The notes under the pieces are model-generated. The model was not told where the DNA came from. It ran no database searches and was given only the letters and a program-made list of their open reading frames with translations. Shown here one piece after another: positions 16,683 through 24,000 of a stretch of 24,000 nucleotides of DNA (within the stretch, counting starts at the first letter, position 1; every line of letters starts with the position of its first letter). Source of the DNA: Promethearchaeota archaeon. Its GTDB lineage: Archaea; Asgardarchaeota; Lokiarchaeia; Sigyniarchaeales; SOKP01. The DNA lies in NCBI GenBank assembly GCA_048941015.1, contig JBHLNZ010000021.1, positions 8,263 through 32,262 on the forward strand, in the 5' to 3' direction. A program made the position numbers and the translations under genes.

Positions 16683-17411
16683 ATGGCAAAAAAAAAAAAG
16701 AAGGATAAAGAAAAAGATCCTATTTCAGAATATTCATTAGACAGTACATTAAAATCCTCGAAAAAAACCAAAACAGATTTACAGGGATTATTAAGAGGAT
16801 TTTCTGAAGAGAAAGGATTTGGAGCACCGAAAGAAGAAGAAAGAATAAAGCCCCAATTATCATATGAGAGTAAGAAACAAATTGCTGAAGATTATATAAT
16901 GGAAGATATTCCTCTCAGTGAGAGAGAGAAGATAAAAGAAGAAAAAATTAAATTAGAGTCCGTAGAAGAAAAAGTAGTAGAGCTTAAGAAAGATGAAGAA
17001 TCTTCTTCCAAACCAATAAGTACTAAAGAAAAACCTTCTTTTTCGAAGAAAGATGATATCTATTTAAAGTTATCAAATTTTTTTGAAGAACTTTTTGTGG
17101 GTTATAATGAACGTTATGACAGATGGGAGAACTCAGTTTCAGCGTTACTTGCAATTTTAAGAAAAATGAGAAAAATAACTAAAAAAAATACTGAAGATTT
17201 AGTCTCAACAATCAATAATCAATATGAAAAAATACAAAAGAACCTTGAAGAATTTAAAATTAAGCGAGATGAGATAGAAAAAATCTCAGATGTAGATATC
17301 GAAATAATGTCAAGTGAATTTAAAAAAGTTTTGGGGTTATTAGAACTTCAAGTCAAAGAATACCAATTAAAGAAATTAACTGATGAGTATATTCATCAAT
17401 ATAAACTATAA
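16683..17411 (+). CDS. Lys/Glu-rich predicted coiled-coil protein, uncharacterised
   Basis: 242 aa; MAKKKKKDKEKD N-terminus, disordered charged middle, C-terminal long helix (NNQYEKIQKNLEEFKIKRDEIEKI...). Confidence 0.7.
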   Translation: MAKKKKKDKEKDPISEYSLDSTLKSSKKTKTDLQGLLRGFSEEKGFGAPKEEERIKPQLSYESKKQIAEDYIMEDIPLSEREKIKEEKIKLESVEEKVVELKKDEESSSKPISTKEKPSFSKKDDIYLKLSNFFEELFVGYNERYDRWENSVSALLAILRKMRKITKKNTEDLVSTINNQYEKIQKNLEEFKIKRDEIEKISDVDIEIMSSEFKKVLGLLELQVKEYQLKKLTDEYIHQYKL

Positions 17412-17466
17412 GCTTCTAGTAATAGGATAAGTTCGGTTTTATAAACAAGTTAATAGAAGTATTATT

Positions 17467-18621
17467 ATGAGTTTCCCCAATAAAGATCAGTTACGTCCTT
17501 TAATTCTTAATATCGGAAGTAATACTTTCAAAATGGGTTGGGCAGGAGATGATTTTCCCGATATTATCGCTCCAAGCATATATGTTGATGTTTCTGATTA
17601 CCTATATACTTCAGATGTAATTGACGGCTTAGAAGAGATTTATATTAATGAGGAAACTCAAAACCATTTGGTTGGACATCAAGCATTAAAATATCAAGAT
17701 ATCTTAAAAATTCACGAATTTAAAAAAGAAAAGAATTATAATTTGCTTACTAAATTTTTTTATTATTATTATAACCAATTAAAAATATCTTTAGAATTAC
17801 AATATAGGCAGCCACTAATTATACTTTTACCTTTTTTTAGTTCAGAATTAGAAAAAACTAAATTACAAGAAATTTTTTTCGAATCCTGTAATTTTCCAGC
17901 TATTTTATTTTTAGATGAAGCTCAAGCTATATTATCTACATTAGACAAGTCTAGTGGAGTGATTATAAATATTGGAGAATCAAATACGTATATCTCTACA
18001 ATATTTCATGGTTTTACGAATATAATGGCCCGAGATCTTTTTCCTGTAGCTGGGAAGGAATTAACAAATTATCTATTAAATTTAATTTTAGCAAGGAAAA
18101 GTTTAGTAAAAAATGTACATGTTGATAAAACTATAGCAAAAGAAGTTAAAGAAAAGTTATCTTTATGTCTTATAGATCCAGATACTGAAAAAAAAAGAGT
18201 TAAAGAAGGTTTAACTAAATATGATCGTACTATAGATCTACCAGATGGTTCTAGTTTAAAAATAAATTTAGAACGTTTTTTATTGGCAGAACCCCTATTT
18301 AATCCAAAACTTATACATATCGATTATATTGGATTAGCGGAAGCAGTATCTAAAGTGGTAAAATCCTGGGAGAGAGAAAACTGGGAAGATTTAGTGTCTA
18401 ATGTTATTTTAGCAGGTGGAGGAAGTTTAATATCTGGTCTTGATCGAAGATTAGAATTGGAATTAAAAAATTTCTTTTCAGAAAGATTAAAGCCAAAAAT
18501 AAAAGTAGTTGCTGCTTCAGGTCGAGAGAATATGGGTTGGATTGGAGCATCAATTCTTTATTCGAAGGGGCAATTACAAAAAGGTTGGGTTAAAAATCCT
18601 AATTTAGAAAATACAATTTAG
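17467..18621 (+). CDS. Divergent actin-related protein
   Basis: 384 aa; LILNIGSNTFKMGWAGDDFPDIIAPSI aligns with actin phosphate-1 ([26 protein letters not shown]); FPAILFLDEAQAILSTLDKSSGVIINIGESNTY aligns with actin ([33 protein letters not shown]); NVILAGGGSLISGLDRRL aligns with the adenosine motif. Confidence 0.85.
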   Translation: MSFPNKDQLRPLILNIGSNTFKMGWAGDDFPDIIAPSIYVDVSDYLYTSDVIDGLEEIYINEETQNHLVGHQALKYQDILKIHEFKKEKNYNLLTKFFYYYYNQLKISLELQYRQPLIILLPFFSSELEKTKLQEIFFESCNFPAILFLDEAQAILSTLDKSSGVIINIGESNTYISTIFHGFTNIMARDLFPVAGKELTNYLLNLILARKSLVKNVHVDKTIAKEVKEKLSLCLIDPDTEKKRVKEGLTKYDRTIDLPDGSSLKINLERFLLAEPLFNPKLIHIDYIGLAEAVSKVVKSWERENWEDLVSNVILAGGGSLISGLDRRLELELKNFFSERLKPKIKVVAASGRENMGWIGASILYSKGQLQKGWVKNPNLENTI

Positions 18622-18684
18622 TAAGAAGAAAAATGAGAGAATTATTTAAATAATTATTAAAAAATGAATAGATAATGCTTTAAA

Positions 18685-21273
18685 ATGACTGTTGATTTAG
18701 AGAGAAAAAAAGATTTTTTAGAAAATTTTCAAAAATATGTTATTCAAGGTAGGAAGTTATTACAATCTGCTAATCATAGATGGGCAGATCGATTATTCAC
18801 AGAATTATATTTCGAAATTGAAAAGAATGAATGGCTCGGTATACAAAGAAAGCATCAATTGATAATGATTATCTCTAACTCGTGGTGGATGTATATAAAT
18901 TCGTTAACTAAAGGAATCAATAGTCAAGCAGAAATGGATATTATTCGTTATATTGATGCGTATAAAAGATTTTTTTCTTTCTTATCGAGATTAGATGATT
19001 TCTATTTATTTAATAATTTTGCTACTAATCTTTTGAGATCATTTATTGGTTTTGAAAATTTATCTCAAAAAGGAATCACTAAATTCATTAATTCTTTTTG
19101 TGCTAAAGTTAGTGAAAGAGGAGAGTATCTTAAATTAATTGAATTGCAACTATTGTTGATGTTTTTAAGGAAATCTGTAATCCCTCAAGAGTTTTTTCAT
19201 TTTAGTATGGAGACTCTTGGAAGGACACTTTTTAAATTAGAACCGGCAAAGAGAGCTCTATTTTTATATATATTTTTGGAAAATGTTAATATTAATTATC
19301 AGCTTATTGATGACTCAGATGAATTCATCAAAATTATGAGTAAAATTTTAGTAAATCGAATTCCTAGTTATTTAAAAACTGAATTTAGCAATTTAGGTAG
19401 AATTACTATAAATCAGAGAAATTTTAATTTCATTTTAAATGATTTAGAAGATCTAATCCAATATTTAAATTATATTGGAGAAAATGTCTGGATTGCTGTT
19501 ATTATAAAAAACTTATTTTATAAAATTGAGCGATTTCAGTCGTTCGGAGATGCTGTGACATACATAAGAAAATTTATAGATTATGCAATAGCTAGAAATA
19601 GGTTTGAAATTGCCTTTGAGATATATGATTTTTTAGAAGATATTTTCTTGTCTAAAACTGATTTAGGATACGATAATATTTTAATTGAGTTATGGGTTGA
19701 AGCATGCAAGAAATTCGTAGAAATGAAAGAAAAAAAATATTTATTACAATCTCTAGAAAAATTAAATACTCATTTAAAAACGCCACAGACAAATGCACAA
19801 ATATTTCATTATTTTTATACCTGTAATTTATTATGGAAGTTTAAATCTATGTTCTTTTCTTTGGAACAAAGAGATTTTTGGCGAATGATGTTTTATCGAG
19901 CTCTTTTTGAAGAAAAAGACTATGATTTAGCAAGAAAAATATGTCCATATCTTGATAAGAATATTGGGTCTCAAATAGTTGATCCATCTATATTATTCCG
20001 GGAAAGCCAGGAGTTGCAAAAAGAGATATATTCCTTTAAAAATGAGGAGAATTTTTCTGAATTAGAGACTATGGCTTTTATTATAAAACAAATTATATTT
20101 CGAATAAATTCAGATGGGTTAATTTCATTTAGGATGATTTCTCAAGATAATGCTATGTTAGAAGGTAAAATTTCTGATGAGTTTTGGAATGATGCTCAAA
20201 TAAATGAAATATATTACGATCTTTTTAACCTTAATGAAGTAAAAAAGTTTGATTTTACATTGAAAGAATTTGGAAAATTACTATATATCTTTTTACCAAA
20301 AAAGATAAGGTATTTTTTCAAACATTTTGAGATTAAAGCACTTGATTTTGTACCGGAAATATATTTTATATTGGATCAGATGGCTGTGCCATTTGAAATG
20401 ATTTATGATAATAATTTTTTTTTGTTAAAATATTCTATAGGGTATATAATTGGGGAACCTCCTTTAGGTGGAGTCACTTTTGGATATGAAGACTCCTTAG
20501 AAGAACAAGCGGCTGTGAAAAAAAATAAATTCAATGTGCTAATTATTGAATGCACTAATTCCAAAAATCCTTTAAAATGGAATGAAGAGTCAAAATCAAA
20601 AGAAATTGTTTTTCCTTTCACGGCAGGCATTAATGAATTAAACTATATTATTGAATTTTTTAATAATAGGGAAGAAATAGATCAATTCACCATACTCTCT
20701 GGAGATTACTCTACTAAGGAAAACATTTTATCCAAAATTTTAGAAAGTAATAATCATATAATTCATTTTGTTGGTAATATATTTTATTCAAAATGGAATC
20801 CACAAGATAGCTTTATGATTACAAATGATAATGAAATATTAACATTTAGGAGCATAAATAAGGCAATTGAACAAAATCAATATATAAATGAAACACTTCT
20901 GTTTTTCAATTCTCAGGTGTTCGATGTAAAAGGAGAAAAATTACAGAATGTCTTGAGACCATTTGGAGAAATTGCCCAAAATTTTAATTATAATAAAATA
21001 ACAGGAATAATTTCACGAAATTATCCTATTTTCGATGATGAAACTAAAGAGATTAGTGCTAACTTTTATATACACTTATTCAAGAATTATAGTCAAGGAA
21101 TTGCTCTTTTGAAAGCAAGACAAGAATGCATGGCTAAAAAGATGACTAAACTTGTCGAGGAAAAATTTCAAACTCTAAGTGAAGAAGAAGGAATTATTAA
21201 CATTGATTTAGAGAGCTCTTTAGCAATTTCAAGTTACATACTCTTTGGAAAACCTTGGAAAACTATCATTTGA
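18685..21273 (+). CDS. Large helical protein with C-terminal CHAT-like (caspase/separase-related) domain lacking canonical catalytic residues
   Basis: 862 aa; helical repeat-like N-terminal two-thirds; C-term LDQMAVPFEMIYDN, NHIIHFVGNIFY, ETLLFFNSQVFD, GIALLKARQECMAKK, ISSYILFGKPWK match the order of CHAT-domain motifs. Confidence 0.55.
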   Translation: MTVDLERKKDFLENFQKYVIQGRKLLQSANHRWADRLFTELYFEIEKNEWLGIQRKHQLIMIISNSWWMYINSLTKGINSQAEMDIIRYIDAYKRFFSFLSRLDDFYLFNNFATNLLRSFIGFENLSQKGITKFINSFCAKVSERGEYLKLIELQLLLMFLRKSVIPQEFFHFSMETLGRTLFKLEPAKRALFLYIFLENVNINYQLIDDSDEFIKIMSKILVNRIPSYLKTEFSNLGRITINQRNFNFILNDLEDLIQYLNYIGENVWIAVIIKNLFYKIERFQSFGDAVTYIRKFIDYAIARNRFEIAFEIYDFLEDIFLSKTDLGYDNILIELWVEACKKFVEMKEKKYLLQSLEKLNTHLKTPQTNAQIFHYFYTCNLLWKFKSMFFSLEQRDFWRMMFYRALFEEKDYDLARKICPYLDKNIGSQIVDPSILFRESQELQKEIYSFKNEENFSELETMAFIIKQIIFRINSDGLISFRMISQDNAMLEGKISDEFWNDAQINEIYYDLFNLNEVKKFDFTLKEFGKLLYIFLPKKIRYFFKHFEIKALDFVPEIYFILDQMAVPFEMIYDNNFFLLKYSIGYIIGEPPLGGVTFGYEDSLEEQAAVKKNKFNVLIIECTNSKNPLKWNEESKSKEIVFPFTAGINELNYIIEFFNNREEIDQFTILSGDYSTKENILSKILESNNHIIHFVGNIFYSKWNPQDSFMITNDNEILTFRSINKAIEQNQYINETLLFFNSQVFDVKGEKLQNVLRPFGEIAQNFNYNKITGIISRNYPIFDDETKEISANFYIHLFKNYSQGIALLKARQECMAKKMTKLVEEKFQTLSEEEGIINIDLESSLAISSYILFGKPWKTII

Positions 21274-21357
21274 TATAAAAAATTTGAATATAAATTAATA
21301 AAAATATATTAAAAATGATTATTAGTATTAGAATTTAAAGCAATAGGTTGAATTATC

Positions 21358-21897
21358 TTGTCAGATAGATTATTAGAACTTAGGATAGAAAATCAAAGAT
21401 TAAAAGAACAAGTTCAAGATTTAGAATCGAAAGTATTATCTTTAGTTGGTATGACTCATTTAGAATCCTCTGGGGGCCAGCAAAAGAAAGATATATTAAA
21501 TCAACACATCATTGAGTTGATTTATTCAACAAATACACAATTAAATATAGTTTCTCCAAAAATTGATAAATTTTATGCTACTGAAATCAAGAATTTAGTA
21601 CAAAAAGGGATTCCTGTTTTAATTATTACAAATGATAGAGGCTCCATTCCAAAAGGATACCAAGAAATTTATGATGAAATTAAGTTGTTTCAATCAGTTA
21701 AAATAATAAATAATCCAAATGTTAGATATTTATTAGTTTTTAACTCTAAAGAAGCAATTTATTCTGGAGGTTCATTAGATAAAGAAGAGTTAGAGAAAAC
21801 AATATTAATTATGACAAAAGTAAAAGAATCCACTCAATTAAGAAAAATTGCTGAAATATTTAGTCAAATGTTACCCTCTTTTATGAGAAAAGGATAG
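21358..21897 (+). CDS. Coiled-coil plus PLD-like fold protein (degenerate HKD)
   Basis: 179 aa from TTG; LLELRIENQRLKEQVQDLESKVLSL then TNTQLNIVSPKID...IKNLVQKGIPVLIITND...NVRYLLVFNSKEAIYSGGSLDKEE, resembling PLD-like domains of archaeal regulators. Confidence 0.55.
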   Translation: MSDRLLELRIENQRLKEQVQDLESKVLSLVGMTHLESSGGQQKKDILNQHIIELIYSTNTQLNIVSPKIDKFYATEIKNLVQKGIPVLIITNDRGSIPKGYQEIYDEIKLFQSVKIINNPNVRYLLVFNSKEAIYSGGSLDKEELEKTILIMTKVKESTQLRKIAEIFSQMLPSFMRKG

Positions 21898-21980
21898 TAT
21901 TTATATAATTATTTCATGTTTTTAAAATACAATTTAAACTTTTAATTTATTAGTTTATATCTTTTGCTAAAGTTATTGAT

Positions 21981-22118
21981 ATGGTGGAAAATTCTGTAAA
22001 AAAAGAAAAACAAAAGAAGAAGAATAAGATAGAAGAAGATGAGAAAAATACAAATTCTGATCATGATTTTGATTGGGATTGGATCTTTGATAAAGAATGG
22101 TTGAGAACAAAAAAGTAA
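21981..22118 (+). CDS. Possible 45-aa charged/Trp-containing small protein
   Basis: ATG...TAA read manually: MVENSVKKEKQKKKNKIEEDEKNTNSDHDFDWDWIFDKEWLRTKK; overlaps the downstream methyltransferase start by 22 nt. Confidence 0.4.
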   Translation: MVENSVKKEKQKKKNKIEEDEKNTNSDHDFDWDWIFDKEWLRTKK

Positions 22119-24000
22119 TAAATTCGGAAAGAATTACAGAAATTTTTGGCCTAAAGTCTGAAATCTATAATGAAATAATGAAATCTTTTGAAAAAGAACT
22201 CGTTAATGAAAAAGATCTATTTCTAAAGAAATATAATAATTGGAATTTGTTATTTAAAAATATTTTTGGAAGCCAAATTGAAAGAACGCTATTTCTAAAA
22301 CAAACCTATCTTTCTCAGATATTGAAAATTTTAATATTATTTAAATTAAAAAATGATACAGATGTGAATCAATTTTGTGATGCCTATAAATTCTATAACT
22401 TAGAAGAGTATGGTTTAATTGAGTTAAAGTACTTTAATTGGATTGAAATAAATGAACAAATTATAAAAAAGATCTATAATATTTTAAACAAATCGGATTT
22501 CTCTAACGAAGATTTATTTCATGAAGTATACCAAGATATCTTTTCTTCCAAAATACGTCATAAAGCTGGAGAGTTTTATACGATTCCTCTTTTGGTCAAT
22601 AAAATGGTCAATGATGTTTATAAGTTTGGAATGAGAGTATTAGATCCTTCCTGTGGTTCAGGAAGCTTCTTAATACAAATAATAATAAGTATTTTAAAAT
22701 CTCAAATGCCATTTAAGGACAAAATTGATGCGATTAATAATGTTTATGGTTTCGATGTTAATCCTTTAGCAATATTAACAGCGAAATCAAATATTCTTTT
22801 ATTTTTTTTAAGTCAATTTGATCTAAAAAGTAATTCAATCCCTAAAATCAATATATTTTTACTTGATTCTCTTTTTCCTGAAGATTTTGAAAAAAATTCT
22901 TCAATAAATCTGAAAAAATTATATTCGAGTTTTGATCTCGCAATAGGGAACCCTCCTTGGTTAACTTATAAAGATATTAATAATTCGAATTATCAAAAAA
23001 AAATTAGATTATTAGCTGAATCTTTAAATATTAAACCTCGTAGTCAATATATCACCCATATTGAATTAGCATCAATTTTTTTTTATGCTATCCCTTTAAA
23101 ATTTTTAAAAATGGGGGGAGAAATATTATTCGTCATAACGAAAAGTGTATTGAATGGGGATCATTGCTTTAAATTCAGGAGTTTTTCTATATTTGAAAAC
23201 TTAGAAATTTGGGATTTCCCCAAGAATTATTTTTTTAATGTCGATCATATTTGCTTGAAAGCAAAGTTTGTTGGAGCTGGAAAGAGACAGTCAATTTCAT
23301 CCAAATACCCGATTAACTCTAAAATTTTTAATGATAAACTCGAATTACAAAATACTATCAAATATACAAGTATAAAATGTGAAGAGGATGGAGCAAAAAT
23401 TATTCTTCCCGAATATGAAGTTAAAAGATTAAATGAACTTAGAAAAAGTCCTTATAAGGAAAAGTTTCTCCAAGGAGCTACTTTAGTTCCAAGAACTCTC
23501 GTTTTCTTCGAAATAAATGATAAAAATAATCAATATCTAAAAATTTCTTCTGATAGTGATATTCTTTTACGTGCTAAAAAAAAATGGAAGTTCACTTTTA
23601 AAAACGTTGAGATTGAAAATAGATTTAGATTTAAATCCTTTTTAAATATGGATTTAATTCCTTTTCTTATAAAAAAATATCGAAATGTTTTTTTACCTAT
23701 TAATTCTGAATTTGAGTTTAAAATTGAGTTTCTTAAAAAAAATCCAAAAGCATTTATATTCTATAATAAATTGAATGATTTTTATAAAAGAAACAAAAAA
23801 AGCACAAGTAATATCAATACATTATTTGAAAATTTGAACTATTGGAATAAACTTACAAAACAATTTAAGAATAAGAAATATATTGTTGTATATAATGCTA
23901 GTGGTTCAAATTTAAAAGCTGCTGTAATAAATAATGAAAAAAAAAATATTGTTATTGACTCAGAAAATTATTATCTCTCAACAGATTCTTTAAATGAAGC
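22097..24000 (+). CDS. N6-adenine DNA methyltransferase (Type IIG/Eco57I- or Type I HsdM-like), 3' end outside the window
   Basis: Manually translated open frame from ATG 22097: KIRHKAGEFYTIPLLV, VLDPSCGSGSFLI (motif I), YGFDVNPLAILTAKSNI, FDLAIGNPPWLTYKD (motif IV NPPW). In-frame stop TAA at 22091. No terminating stop identified before 24000. Confidence 0.85.
   Translation, partial: MVENKKVINSERITEIFGLKSEIYNEIMKSFEKELVNEKDLFLKKYNNWNLLFKNIFGSQIERTLFLKQTYLSQILKILILFKLKNDTDVNQFCDAYKFYNLEEYGLIELKYFNWIEINEQIIKKIYNILNKSDFSNEDLFHEVYQDIFSSKIRHKAGEFYTIPLLVNKMVNDVYKFGMRVLDPSCGSGSFLIQIIISILKSQMPFKDKIDAINNVYGFDVNPLAILTAKSNILLFFLSQFDLKSNSIPKINIFLLDSLFPEDFEKNSSINLKKLYSSFDLAIGNPPWLTYKDINNSNYQKKIRLLAESLNIKPRSQYITHIELASIFFYAIPLKFLKMGGEILFVITKSVLNGDHCFKFRSFSIFENLEIWDFPKNYFFNVDHICLKAKFVGAGKRQSISSKYPINSKIFNDKLELQNTIKYTSIKCEEDGAKIILPEYEVKRLNELRKSPYKEKFLQGATLVPRTLVFFEINDKNNQYLKISSDSDILLRAKKKWKFTFKNVEIENRFRFKSFLNMDLIPFLIKKYRNVFLPINSEFEFKIEFLKKNPKAFIFYNKLNDFYKRNKKSTSNINTLFENLNYWNKLTKQFKNKKYIVVYNASGSNLKAAVINNEKKNIVIDSENYYLSTDSLNE

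Noticed and set aside
16341-16771. Minus-strand ORFs 16341-16577 and 16556-16771
   Set aside because: Antisense to AbrB-ACT and to the Lys-rich start of the coiled-coil gene; the second is poly-Phe/Leu from reversed Lys codons.
20403-20630. 75-aa minus-strand ORF
   Set aside because: Inside the CHAT-like gene, with no supporting signal.

Overview
This 24 kb AT-rich window looks like part of an Asgard archaeal chromosome. I infer this from eukaryote-like proteins (gelsolin-like, roadblock/LC7, actin-related), intron-containing tRNA and archaeal-type genes; no taxonomic search was run. From left to right it contains: a membrane/zinc-ribbon protein; a small acidic ORF; an NfeD-like membrane protein with an unusual 28-unit Asp-His-X repeat; a flotillin/SPFH protein; an extended beta-carbonic anhydrase; a YhhN-like membrane protein; tRNA-Thr(GGT); a tRNA with anticodon CAT that appears to carry two introns; a minus-strand group (M29-type aminopeptidase, ferredoxin, AprA-like flavoprotein, DUF169); a bifunctional NAD(P)HX repair enzyme; then a long plus-strand block. 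That block holds a gelsolin-like protein, a roadblock protein, a Cdc48-N-like/Pro-rich/vWA protein, a VOC protein, an AbrB-ACT regulator, a Lys-rich coiled-coil protein, a divergent actin-related protein, a large CHAT-like protein lacking the expected catalytic dyad, and a PLD-like protein without an HKD motif. An N6-adenine DNA methyltransferase runs off the right edge; it is absent from the supplied ORF track because it is open-ended. The best candidate for a new system is 16683-21897: coiled-coil, degenerate-site actin-related protein, pseudo-CHAT and degenerate PLD-like protein. All family calls come from reading motifs by eye.
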